A stretch of DNA of 62,979 nucleotides, the filler included, from Reclinomonas americana ATCC 50394 (lineage: Eukaryota), in NCBI GenBank assembly GCA_048213135.1. It is 5 parts of 3 records of this genome, joined end to end, with 100 filler letters (N's around TTAATTAATTAA, not from the genome) between each part and the next. Parts side by side here need not be neighbours in the genome. Positions count along the whole stretch, not along the records: positions 1 to 10,580 come from PS015053.1; positions 10,681 to 25,868 come from PS015053.1; 3 more parts are not named here. The stretch is one strand, 5' to 3'. A program made the position numbers and the translations under genes. This document shows, piece after piece, positions 1 to 12,019 of this stretch (positions are counted from its first letter, which is position 1; every line of letters begins with the position of its first letter). Below the pieces are notes generated by a model. That model made no database searches, was not told the DNA's origin, and saw only the letters and a list, made by a program, of their open reading frames with translations.

Positions 1-33
<33 letters not shown>

Positions 34-714
34 ATATATATGCGTGTGCGTGTGTGTGTTCGTGCAAGACAAACTGAGGAGCAGTGACTCCTCCGCCGAC
101 TGCAAGTCTTTCTCTCTCTCTCTCTAAGAGGTTCCACTGTGCTAGCAGTACATGGGTGTTATTTGTGACATTTACGGAGCTCGTCGAAGAGGGAGAAGAA
201 GAGAGCAGAAACCGAGTGCACCAAGAAGGACAAATTGAGCAGCTGCCTGTGTTAAGACGGATGTACTTTGCATGTGATATTTCTCTTCATGCAGCTGACT
301 GTAGTGGTGTTGCCGCAGGAGGAACAGCAAGACGAATGAATAAGATCGGAACCGGGTCAATCATGTCACTGGCGAGGCGAATGAATGTTGTTGTGCGTGT
401 TGCCGCCCGGAGGCATCCTTGTAAACTGAAGAAAGAGACTGACGGCACGGCGTCTGCTGCCATTGTCAGATGTGGAGAGCGAAAGAGGTGACAAAAAGAG
501 GAGGCTAAAGCGAAACACCGATTACCAGTCCACCTGTCAGAAGAGAAAGAGAATGCCCAACGTTCACTGCCCTATCCTCTCCCTCTCCCATCTCTCTCTC
601 CCTTCTCCCTTTCGCCCTCTCCCCTCATCTCCCTTTTCCCCTCTCCCTTCCCCCTTGTCACCCCCCTTTTCCATCACCATCATCACTTCACTTTACCCTT
701 TTCCCCTCCTCCCC

Positions 715-2419
715 CTACCACGTGTCCAACTCCGCCAACACCTCCGGCACCCTACCCATCGGTACCACCATCACTAGCCGGTACGGCGCCGCCAACCTCG
801 TCAACTGCGGCTGCGCCGACGAGTGCGCCTGCCGAATGGGGAACGACAGCGTAAAGTCGGCGCACCGTCGGTACGCCGCGTCCTCCAGCTTCGGATACAC
901 GCGCTCCTCCTCGTCGGCCAGCGAGCGGTGCTGAATCACCGGAGCGGCAGAAGCAGAAGAAGAAGAACCGCCACCTGCCTTCCTCCTCCCTCCCCTTCCC
1001 CCACCAAACTTGCGCGCCGCCACCGTCGCCTTCCGCTTCTCCTGGAATCGGCGATTCTTTTGNNNNNNNNNNNNNNNNNNNNNNNNNNNNNNNNNNNNNN
1101 NNNNNNNNNNNNNNNNNNNNNNNNNNNNNNNNNNNNNNNNNNNNNNNNNNNNNNNNNNNNNNNNNNNNNNNNNNNNNNNNNNNNNNNNNNNNNNNNNNNN
1201 NNNNNNNNNNNNNNNNNNNNNNNNNNNNNNNNNNNNNNNNNNNNNNNNNNNNNNNNNNNNNNNNNNNNNNNNNNNNNNNNNNNNNNNNNNNNNNNNNNNN
1301 NNNNNNNNNNNNNNNNNNNNNNNNNNNNNNNNNNNNNNNNNNNNNNNNNNNNNNNNNNNNNNNNNNNNNNNNNNNNNNNNNNNNNNNNNNNNNNNNNNNN
1401 NNNNNNNNNNNNNNNNNNNNNNNNNNNNNNNNNNNNNNNNNNNNNNNNNNNNNNNNNNNNNNNNNNNNNNNNNNCGCCGGCGACTCGTAGTCGCGCAGCA
1501 TGCGCGTGACAATCAGCACATTGGCCACCTGGTGCTCGCCTCCCGCCCTCTCCACCTCCTCAAAGAGGCACCGGTGCAGGGGCGGAATGAGGGCCGGCGG
1601 CAGATTGATGGCGTGCTCGTTCAGCAGCAGCCCGAGCGGCGTCGAGTGGTCGTCCAGGTAGGCCTCGAGGGTGGCGCGCGACCGCTCGTCGTCGCCGCAG
1701 CTCTCCAGCAGGTGCATGCGCAGGGCCATGGCCCAGGCGGAGCCGCGTTGCAGGTGCGCGTGCACGTTGACGAGGGAGACGAAGCCGTAGATCTCGGGTG
1801 GGTCCTCGTCGCCCTCTTCTTCGGGGAAGACCTTGACGGTGCTGCCGACGTGGCGGGCGGAGAGGACGGCTTCGGCGAGCTCGCCGGGGATCCATTGGGG
1901 GTGCGCGGAGGTGGATGAAGGGTGGCGGTGGTTGTAGTCGTCGAGGAGGGGGGCGATGAAGTTGCGGAGGGCGTGGAAGTCGTCGTCGGTGAAGGTTTCG
2001 ACGTCGAAGATGACGTTGATGATTTCGTTCTGGGGGAGGGGAAGGGGGTGAGGGGAAGGGGGGTGAGGGGGGAAGGGGGCGGAAGGGGAAGGGTGAGGGA
2101 AGGGGGAAGGGGAAGGGGGGGAAGGGGAAAGGGAAGGGAGGGGATGATTGAACTGTGGCTCTCTGCGTTGTGCGTTGCTGTCGCACTTGTGTTCACTTGC
2201 TGCTCCCTTCTCTCTCTTCACAAGCAGACGCTCTCTCTCTCTCTCTCTCTCGATCAATCACTCCTTCATGCATTGCGTGTTGCTTCCTTCTCTCCCTTCT
2301 CCCTCTCTCTCTCTCCTCTCTTTCTCTCTGCTGTGCTGTGAGCGTGTATGGAGAGGGGAGTGTGGCAGGAAGAGTGGAAGTGCTGCGGAATATCAGCGTT
2401 TTGTGTGCGTGTGTGTGAC

Positions 2420-2506
<87 letters not shown>

Positions 2507-2731
2507 NNNNNNNNNNNNNNNNNNNNAGAGAGAGAGACTGTGCACACTCACTCGCCCTCTCTCTCTTCTCTCTATCTCCCTCTCTCTCTCACACACACAC
2601 ACACACTCTCTCTCTCTCTCTCTCTCTCCTGCACACACATGCACACAAAATGCACACATATCGCCACACTTCCACTCTCTCACTCACTCTCCTCCTAACG
2701 CACACTGTGCACACGCACTCGCCTCCTCCCT

Positions 2732-2767
<36 letters not shown>

Positions 2768-3200
2768 GCACACACACATGCACACAAAATGCACTGATAT
2801 TCCGCACACACCACACTTCCACTCTCACACACTCACACTCTCCTCTCCATACACACTCTGCACACTCACTCGCCTCACTCTCTCTCCCCTTTTCTCTCTC
2901 TCTTCCACAAGTCGTTGATGTGAATGTGCACATGGCCACCACTTGTAGCCTCCACCCTCACGCAACAGACTCAATGGCATCCAACTGCCCTTCATCTCCT
3001 TCATCTCCGTCCATCTCATCTCCTTCGTCATCGTCATCGTCACTGGGCGGTCTCATCAGCTCTTGCTCAGTCTCTTCTTCTTCGTCATCGCTGTCGTCGT
3101 CATCGTCCTCGCTGCTGGAGTCTGAGGGGAGTGCCTCCACTGCGCCCTCTTCGCCTTCCACAGCGCCAGTGCCGGCTGCGCGTCTGCGCTTTCTGCCCAT
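715..3200 (-). CDS. BCP1: BCP1/BCCIP (p21-C-terminal-binding) family protein, multi-exon, interrupted by an N gap
   Basis: Acidic exon 1 (3200-2967) splices in phase 0 to the exon starting at 2029. Motifs DDDFHALRNF, VGSTVK, IYGFVSLVN and LGLLLNEHAINLPPALIPPLHRCLFEE match the BCP1 family. The C-terminal part lies at 1062-715. Confidence 0.85.
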
Positions 3201-3285
3201 TTTTGGTGGATTTTGAATGGAATCCGGCGAATGACGACAGCATTGACAAGCTCGGAGTTTTGAATTGCGAGAGAGAGCTCACACA

Positions 3286-6200
3286 ATGTCGGTGCGTGGT
3301 TCTTGGTGCTTCTTTGCTTCTCATACGTTACTCCCTCCTCTCTCTCTCTCTTCTGTCTCTCTCTTTCTCCGTGTGCGTATTTGTGTGCGTGTTGTGCGCT
3401 CGTTTGTGTGTGTGTGTGAGCGAGCGTGTGTCTGTGTGATTTTGTGTGTGTATGTGTGTTTGTGTTTGTTTGCGCGGCGTGTGTGTGTGTGTGTATGTGT
3501 GTGTGCGACTATTCCTCACTCGTTGTTTTCGTGTGTTGCGTGACAGTTCTCTGTGCGAGTGAGTGCGGCGCATGATTCGTCGCTGTCGGTGGTGGTGGAG
3601 GGTATGTCGCTCGCGTCCACTCTTGCGGACTTGCTGCGCGAGGCCACGCGCTTGCTGCGTGAGAAGAGTGGAGATAGGGAGATGGTGATTGTGGGGTTGG
3701 AGAAGCCGCTGCCACTCAACACTGAGGAGGGCGGAGGCATTCCGCTTCGCATATTGGGCATCAACACATCCACGCACCTTGTTGTCCGTGTGACGCTTGG
3801 TGTGGCACTGCAGTCGAGTGGAGGGAGTGGAAAGTGTGTGCCTTGATGTGCCATCGTCTGTGCAAACATGCAACTCACTCTCATGTCCAACAGCAACTCG
3901 GAGAGAGTGACTCGGTTTGTTTTGCTTGCTTGCCTTCGCCATCCTTCTCTCTCCCTTCCTTGGTCTTCACTCGAATCGAGTCGGTGCTGACTGCGTTTGC
4001 CTGTACCCATAGCATGATCGACTCACAGCGCATCAACATGGCCTTTGAGGTGGTGGAGGATGCCGTGCGTCTGCGCTGTCGATGCGCACTGGCACAGTTC
4101 GGTCGCGAAAATCCCGACTTTGATGTGCGGGCCTGGGCAGTGGATTTGTGGGCTCCGAGGATCGATTTTAGTGACTTGTCAGTCCGCGTTCCCAGATCCT
4201 GGGTTCCACCGCTGTCGCTGTATTATTCGGCATTTGCTGCATGGCGTGAACGACATGCTCCACTCCGCTCTGGGCGAGTCATGCTGTCCAAGGAGAAGCA
4301 GTTGGTGGTGTTGGTCTGGCGTGCTGCGTTCGAAGCCGACCCCTCTTCCTACCCTCCGTGTGACGGTTTCGACACGACGGCACTCACTTCCATCATGCTG
4401 TATGGTGGTTTCGTTCATGATAACGGTCGCAAGCTCCTGCTGATTGACGATGCAGATGAACGCAAGGCTGTGGAGAAGCTGCGTGACGTGAGAAATGAGA
4501 TGGTGCACGGTTCGTTAGTGTGGACGGATGCCGCTGTGCAGCAATACCTTGGCGACGGTGGCGTTTTCCTCTCCATCCTCTCTCGCCTTTGGTTGACGGC
4601 CGACGAATTCTCTCGATTCACTGCTCGTGTCCGTGAGGCACGTTATGTCCAGCTTACTGTCAGCACATTCGAGGAGCGGCTGCATCGACTGGCTGTGCGT
4701 GAGCTGTCTTTCTACCAGCACGACGAGAGTGTGCGCAAGGACATGCAGATGTATGTGCCACTGCTGTGCTCACGTGAGCGAGACGTCTCATCGAAAGACA
4801 AGATGACGGATCTGCTGACGGAAGTGGATGCTTTCCTCTCCGATTCCAGCACCACACAGCGTGTGTTGGTGCTCTTTGGCAACAGTGGTGCCGGCAAGAC
4901 CACCACCATGTCGGTGCTGGCCAAGCAAGCCTGGCGACAGTGGCAAACAAGAGAGAGCAGACGAGTGCCTGTGCGTGTGCCTCTCGGTGCACTGCGCAAT
5001 GCCGATGAGCGATTGTTGGAGGAGGCACTGGAGCGATTGTCACCCGAGTTGGGATTCTGCGAGGCGGATGTGCGACGATTGAAGGATGAGCCACTGCTAT
5101 TGTTGCTCGACGGGTACGATGAGTTGTATCGTGGTGTGAATCTGTTTGTCAAGAACCACCTGGATGTGTGTCGTGATGTGAAGGTGATTGTCACTTGTAG
5201 AGGCGATTACGCACTGACGGCATTGGGTGGTGTGACGCAGCATCGACGATACTTTGCGCCAGTGGACGCACGAGGACAGTTGTGCATGCAGCAGCTGATG
5301 GAGCAACACATTGCTCCGTTCAACAAGGAGCAGATTGAGGAGTACTTTGAGCGACTGGTGCTAGTGGGCGGTGATGGTGAAGTGCGATGGTCGACTGTCG
5401 AGGAGTACATTCGTGCACTGAAGAGTGTGCATGGAATGGATGCACTGGTGTCGAATCCGTTCCTTCTGGCAGTGGTGGCTCGCGTGTTGCCTGAGTTGGT
5501 GGCGAGTGGCGTGCAGCGACCGACGCGGTGTGATGTGTTTGACCGTTTCATTCGAAAGTGGATAGAAAGGGAGCAGGAGAGGCAGACGCGTCTCGGTGCC
5601 AGGTATGAGGAAGATGAGGATAGGTGTCTGGCATTCTGCGAGGGACTGGCACGGTTGATGCATGAGAGGAATGTGGTGCGTGCGTCGGTGACGGAGAGTC
5701 GATCAGATTATAGTCGGGCGGAGGATGACTTTGGTGGTGCGCCACTCGCCTTGCGACGAGTAGAAGAAGGACCATTTGACAAGTTCCTCTGCCAGAAGAA
5801 CCAGCATGTGCGAGTGTGCTGTCCGATTGTGCGACGGTATGGAACGACGCAGTGGGGATTTGTGCATCTGTCGTTGCTGGAACATTGTGTGGCACGACAT
5901 GTGTTTGCGTGGGAGACGTGGGATGAGGGGAGGCGGTTGACGGTGCAAGATGTGCAGCAGCATGTGCTAGCTGTGCGACTGCTGAATGATAAACCATCGC
6001 TGGTGGAGCAGATGGCCGAGGTGGTGCGACGAACTCCCCGACTGCAGGAGAGACTGTGGGAGGTGATTGAGTTGTCACGAGAGGTGGATGAGGAGCGAGT
6101 GGTGACGGCGGCAGCGAATGCAGCGACTGTGTTGTGTGTGGCACAAGTGTCGTTCAGTGGGCGGGATCTGTCGGGTGTGCGAGTGAGGGGTGCGGATTTG

Positions 6201-8180
6201 AGGGATGCGGTGATGCACAGGACGGTGTGGAGGGGGGCGGATTTGCAAAAGGTGAATGTGTGTATGGCATACGCGAGGGAGGCGGATTTCACGGATGCCG
6301 ATGTTACGGGTGTGAAGTGGCCGCGGAAGCCATTGAAGGAACACACTCAATGGGTAAACTGTGTCGCTGTCACCGCTGATAGTCAATACTGTCTGAGTGG
6401 GAGTGAGGACAAGACTGTACTTGTGTGGTCGGTGGCAAGTGGCAAGGTGGTACGTCTGTTCGAGGGACATACTTACTGGGTGCTGTCGGTCACAGTTACT
6501 ACCGACGGTCAATATGCTGTGAGCGGGAGTGCAGACAAGACTGTGCGAGTGTGGTCCATGGAGAGTGGGGAGGAAATGTATCAATTGGTGGGACATACTG
6601 GAAATGTGTGCTCAGTCGCAGTGACTCCCGACAATCAGTATGTTGTCAGCGGGAGTGCCGACAAATCAATACGAGTATGGTCACTGGCGAGCGGGGAGGA
6701 GGTACGACGGCTGGAAGGACACACTGGTGTTGTGCGGTCTGTGGCAGTTGCAGTCGTAGACAGTGTTCCATACGTTGTTTCCGGAAGCTTGGACGCGACG
6801 GTTCGAGTGTGGTCACTTGTGAGCGGACAGCAATTACGACGATTTGTGGGACACACTGACAAGGTGATGTCTGTCTCCGTTACTCCCGATTGCCACACCA
6901 TCGTGAGTGGGAGTCGGGACAAGACTATTCGCGTGTGGTCACTGGTAACTGGGGAGGAGGTGCGACGACTTGAGGGCCACGACGGTGCTGTATTTTCGGT
7001 TTGTGTCACGCTTGATGGTCAACATGTATTGAGCGCCGGCAGCGACAAAACCGTACGAATGTGGTCCCTTGTGAGTGGAGAGGAAGTTCAGCGGTATGAA
7101 GGACACACGGCCGTGGTACAGTGCGTCACTGTCTCTCCCGATGGTCAGCTCACAGTTAGTGGAGGTCGTGACAATACTGTCCGACTGTGGTCTTTGTCTG
7201 GTGAAGAAACAGTGCGGCGCATAGGGGGTCACACCGCGTGGGTAGCGGCTATTGCTGTCACTCCCGATGGTCAGCATATTGTCAGTGGCAGTGACGACAA
7301 AACAGTGCGGGTATGGGCACTTGCAACTGGTGAGGAAGTGCGACGGTTTGTAGGCCACAGTAATTGGGTAAAAACTGTTGCTGTTTTCCCTGATAATCAG
7401 CATGTTGTGAGTGGGAGTGATGACACGACGGTCCGAGTGTGGTCACTTGCTAGCGAAAAAGTGCGACAATTGACGGGCCACGTCGGTTCAGTGCGGTCTC
7501 TTGCCGTCACCCGTGATGGGCTGCATATTGTGAGTGGGAGTGATGACAAGACGATGCGAGTGTGGTCTGTGGAGTGCGGGCAGGAATTGCGACGGTTGGA
7601 AGGACACGACGGTGCGGTGCTCACTGTCGCCATCGCTCCTGATGGGCGGCATGTTGTGAGTGCCAGTGCGGACCGCACCGTGCGTGTGTGGTCACTGGCA
7701 AGTGGAGAAGAATTACGACGGTTGGAGGGGCACTCTGCTGGGGTGTACACTGTCACCATCTCTCCCGATGGTGAACACGTTGTCGGTGGGAGTACGGACA
7801 AAACAATATGCATTTGGGCCTTGGCGAGTGGACAGGAAGTGGGGCGATTTGAGGGATTCTCTAGAGCGGTGTGGTCAACGATGTCCACGTCTCTCGGGCA
7901 ACAAATTGTGAATGTGGCATCGGGTTTGTGGACTCTGGCGAGTACGAGTGTAGAGTCGAAGCGCAGCTTGGTGGGCCTCGTTCACAAAAGCTTCTATGTA
8001 TCGCCGTGCGATTGTGCACAAGCAGGCGCTGAAGATCTTGTGCATTCGCGCGGCCCGGAATTGGACGAAGTGAGTGTGGACTGGTATGGCAAAGCAGTTT
8101 TCGTGATGCGTGGTCGCCTTGTTGTAAGCATTCTTGGTTCTGTGACACCAAGCCTTGTTGACGCAATTATGAATGAATGA
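3286..8180 (+). CDS. NLR-like STAND protein: ubiquitin-like domain - HEPN - NACHT - pentapeptide repeats - about 12-13 WD40 repeats (about 1493 aa)
   Basis: Phase-consistent GT-AG exons 3286-3291, 3547-3833, 3894-3914 and 4013-8180. Walker A GNSGAGKT (~4878), Walker B LLLLLDGYDE, KVIVTCR sensor, NPFLL, FVHLSLLEH, AAANAATVL followed by pentapeptides, and 42-aa GH...VRVW repeats. FDTTAL...LRDVRNEMVH is a HEPN-like motif. Confidence 0.9.
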
Positions 8181-8302
8181 TGTTCCCGGATCTGAATCAA
8201 TGTGCTTCCTTCGTCAGGCGAGCGATGGGTTAAGCGGACGCCAGTCGTCCCCTGGTCCTCCCAGTTTTTCCTCCTTCGTTCTTTACGTACCTCGCCGAGA
8301 AC

Positions 8303-9800
8303 ATGTCGTCTCAGTTCAACGTTCTCGCTCTGGTGCGTTGCTCAAGTGGCTTGACACAGAGCGCAAGTGAGCTGGGAATTAGACAGTCAAGCGACTCCTC
8401 GCAAGCAATTCGCGTCGCTCGCCGTCTCTCTCTCCCTGCTCCCACTCTCTTGCTCTCTTGCTCTCTCCCTCTCTCTCTCTCACAGTCGCTGCATGTCGGG
8501 CGTGCGATGTAGTGAGCGGGTGCTCTGGGTGTGTTTCTCGCCCCTCTTCCTCAACGTCATTCTGTGCTCCTCTCCGCCTACTTTATTTCCTCTCTCACTC
8601 ATTCTGTCTTGCCTCCCTCTCCCTTCTCGCACTCTCCTTTCCACCCAATCCTTTCTTTCCTCACCCCTGCCCACCCCACAGACCCTCTCCACCTTCCAGG
8701 CCGGCTCTCAGGAGCTCGTCAACGACGATCGCGAGACCTACGCCAACAGCCTCCTCGGCTCGAANNNNNNNNNNNNNNNNNNNNNNNNNNNNNNNNNNNN
8801 NNNNNNNNNNNNNNNNNNNNNNNNNNNNNNNNNNNNNNNNNNNNNNNNNNNNNNNNNNNNNNNNNNNNNNNNNNNNNNNNNNNNNNNNNNNNNNNNNNNN
8901 NNNNNNNNNNNNNNNNNNNNNNNNNNNNNNNNNNNNNNNNNNNNNNNNNNNNNNNNNNNNNNNNNNNNNNNNNNNNNNNNNNNNNNNNNNNNNNNNNNNN
9001 NNNNNNNNNNNNNNNNNNNNNNNNNNNNNNNNNNNNNNNNNNNNNNNNNNNNNNNNNNNNNNNNNNNNNNNNNNNNNNNNNNNNNNNNNNNNNNNNNNNN
9101 NNNNNNNNNNNNNNNNNNNNNNNNNNGGTCTTCTGGGTGTCTGGATCAGTGTAGGAGTCTACGCTGAATCTGTGCTTCGCTGCTAGTGTGGCTGCGGTGG
9201 CGATGATGTTCTCTGCCTTGTCTGTCTTTCCTGGCTGCTGACCATTGAACACAAAGGTACCGTCTTCTCTCGCGACAAAGGGAAAGTCAAAGAAACGGGG
9301 GGGAGCATTGACGTCTACCTGCTGGCGGTGCAGCTCCTTGTGGTTCTGCACGACTTCTCTCTTGAACAGGTGATTGGTGGGAGGGACAGCGTTGTCGGGC
9401 AAGAGTGCAAACTTCTCCATCGTGTCTGTCTTCACCCTGTGTGCAACGTTTCTGACGAGGTTGCATTCACATTCCAATAATGCGACAAACGCCCACAAAT
9501 CCCTTGCCGACAATGGCCAAGGCACAAACTATCATTTTCTTTTCCAAACAGTAATCTTCCCTTTCAGGTGGCAAAGCCAAGCAATCGCGTGCTGGCTGGT
9601 CTGGTCCAGGACTTTATGGCGCAGTTGCCGTGTGTCCTGAAGGGCTTTATTCTCAACATCGACAGCACACTTAAAACAGTTTTAGTTGTAGAAGGAAAGC
9701 TCACGAGACTTGTTGGCGATCACTGCTCATTGTTGTGCGGCCGCGGATCAGTGAAGTTCTATAGCGCTATTATTATGACCTCTTCTTGTGTTCGTCTTGC
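8303..9800 (+). CDS. possible fragmentary hypothetical gene
   Basis: ATG at 8303 followed by a GTGAGC donor, an exon-like piece at 8699-8764 and an acceptor at ~9567. It is gapped and has no recognisable domain. About 45 bp around the ATG is repeated at ~9949-9992. Confidence 0.2.
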
Positions 9801-10244
9801 ATTTTACAAAGACGTCGTCGCCGTGATCTTTTCGACTCTCTTCTCTGCTGTTCCTAGGACGTCAGTCTCTGCAATCACTTGCAGACGGCACTCCACTCAA
9901 CGTCGCCAGTGTCCCATCAATACACACTCTTTTCCCACTTTCGTTCCCCGAGAACATGTCGTCGCAGTTGAACGTCCCTGCTCTGGTGCGTTGAGCAATG
10001 GGAGGGGTGGTGTGAGAGAGAGAGAGAGCTGGAATGGGCGAGTGGTGAGAGCGGACGCGGGTAATTTATGGAAATGCGCACGCTCAGAAAATGTGTGTGT
10101 GTGTGTGCGTGAGAGAGAGAGAGAGAGAACGAGAGAGAGAGAGATGTGAGACGTGCGCATCACCTGCTGGGGTATTCACATTATTTGAGATAGCGGGTAA
10201 GAGATGCACATCTTTCGTCTGTTGTGCGTGAATGCGTGTTTGCT

Positions 10245-10277
<33 letters not shown>

Positions 10278-10540
10278 ATGTGGCGTGAGACGACGACACT
10301 CGAATCTCACACTCACTCTGTGCTGTGTCTCTCATTGCATCTCACTGCTCTCTCCGTCGCACACTCTATTTCAGTTTTCTTTGTCATGATCATGGCCTGT
10401 CTCCCGTCATTCATTCTCGTTTGCTTGTGCGATCGTCGCTCACACACGAAGCCATCTGTCTTCCTTTCTACCACAGTCTTGCCTTTCTCTTTTTCTCCCC
10501 CTCTTCCTCCCTGCCTCTCCTTCTCATCTCTCCGCCATGC

Positions 10541-10580
<40 letters not shown>

Positions 10581-10624
10581 NNNNNNNNNNNNNNNNNNNN
10601 NNNNNNNNNNNNNNNNNNNNNNNN

Positions 10625-10636
10625 TTAATTAATTAA
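10625..10636. other. artificial scaffold linker (six-frame stop TTAATTAATTAA within Ns)
   Basis: The same 12-mer flanked by N runs occurs four times in the window. Confidence 0.97.
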
Positions 10637-10756
10637 NNNNNNNNNNNNNNNNNNNNNNNNNNNNNNNNNNNNNNNNNNNNCCTCTTCTTCCTCTCCATCT
10701 CTCCTTCTTCTTCTCCTTTTTATCCTCCTCATCCTCCTCCTCCTCCTTTACTTCGC

Positions 10757-11984
10757 TCACCTCCACCACCACAGGCGCTCTCCACCTTCCAGGCTGGCTC
10801 GCAGGACGTCGTCGACGACTACAACGTCACCAACAGCCTGCTCGGCTCGTACTAATTCGATGCGCCCCTTCATGCCAGTCGTACCAATGAAACCCTGGCA
10901 GCGATCTTGAAATCGGAGAGAGTGAGAGAGAGAGAGTGTGTGAGAGAGAGAGAGAGATGGTGTGGTTGGTTTCGGACTGGCAGAGTCTGTTGGGAACGAG
11001 GATAGCAGCAAACACAATGTCGAGGACAATATCTCGAGTCGGATTGCTTCTGATGGCTACCTCCCCACGGAGATCAAGCAGCCTGGTCGGCATTCTATTG
11101 TGGTATCTTTTGCAGAGTCGCCCTTGCTCTTTCCCTTCCCAACACCCCCTTCTCCTTCAACGGCATTCATTATTCTACACCACCACCTCCTCACCTCACC
11201 ATCCACAACCCCATCTGATGCAACCGCACCCACTTTGCAAAATCGCCAAACACGTGCACCTGCGAAACAAAACAAATGAGCACTGGATCACTCCCGTTAT
11301 CGTCTGGCTCATGCCCTCAGATGCTTGTCTACATCGATTCTGTCCCAGCGCGCGCGCTCTCTCTCTCCCTCCTTCACGAGAAACAGCGAGCAAGTTCAGT
11401 GCCAGTGAGGCCAGAAATGTTGTGTGGCGAGCGAGAGAGAGAGAGAAAGAAACGACGAGCAAACGACAATACTCTCAAACTATCGTATTCATCGATTCTA
11501 TCCCTTCACATTCCCCTTCACGGAGTAGCGAGCAAGTTCAGCGCGAGGACAGCCAAAGAGAGCGCAAGAGTGAGGCGAGCGGGAGAGACACAGAAACGAA
11601 GAGCAATAGAGAACGCCATTTTTATCCACTCTCTCACAAGCCACATTCCCTCTCACGAGAAGCAGCGAGCGAGTTCAGCGAGAGTGAGACGGCAGTGAGA
11701 CGAGCGACAGAACAGCTAGATAGAGAGTCAGAGATACACAGAGACACTGAGACTAAAAGACAGCGACAGGTAGACAGAGCGACACAGAGACACAGAGACA
11801 GAGACAGAAAGACAGCAAAACAAAACAACAAGAGAGCAAAAGTCAACGAGCTAAAGAACAACAGAGGACGATATCAACGCGCTCCTCTCTCAGGCAGGAG
11901 GCCAGAGCAGTTTGAGGCACGGACGAGAACGAAGAGAAGTGAAGAGAAAGAAATCGCATGTGTCCGCCTAATCTGCATGCCGTC

Positions 11985-12019
<35 letters not shown>

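Noticed and set aside
2148-2920. Long ORFs rich in ER/SL/HT dipeptides here and throughout the window
   Set aside because: They are translations of (GA)n/(CT)n/(CA)n microsatellites and N gaps inside introns.
3834-4012. ORF-track start of the 1448-aa protein at 3834
   Set aside because: Position 3834 is a splice donor GT. The region is mostly intron, and the inferred start is 3286.
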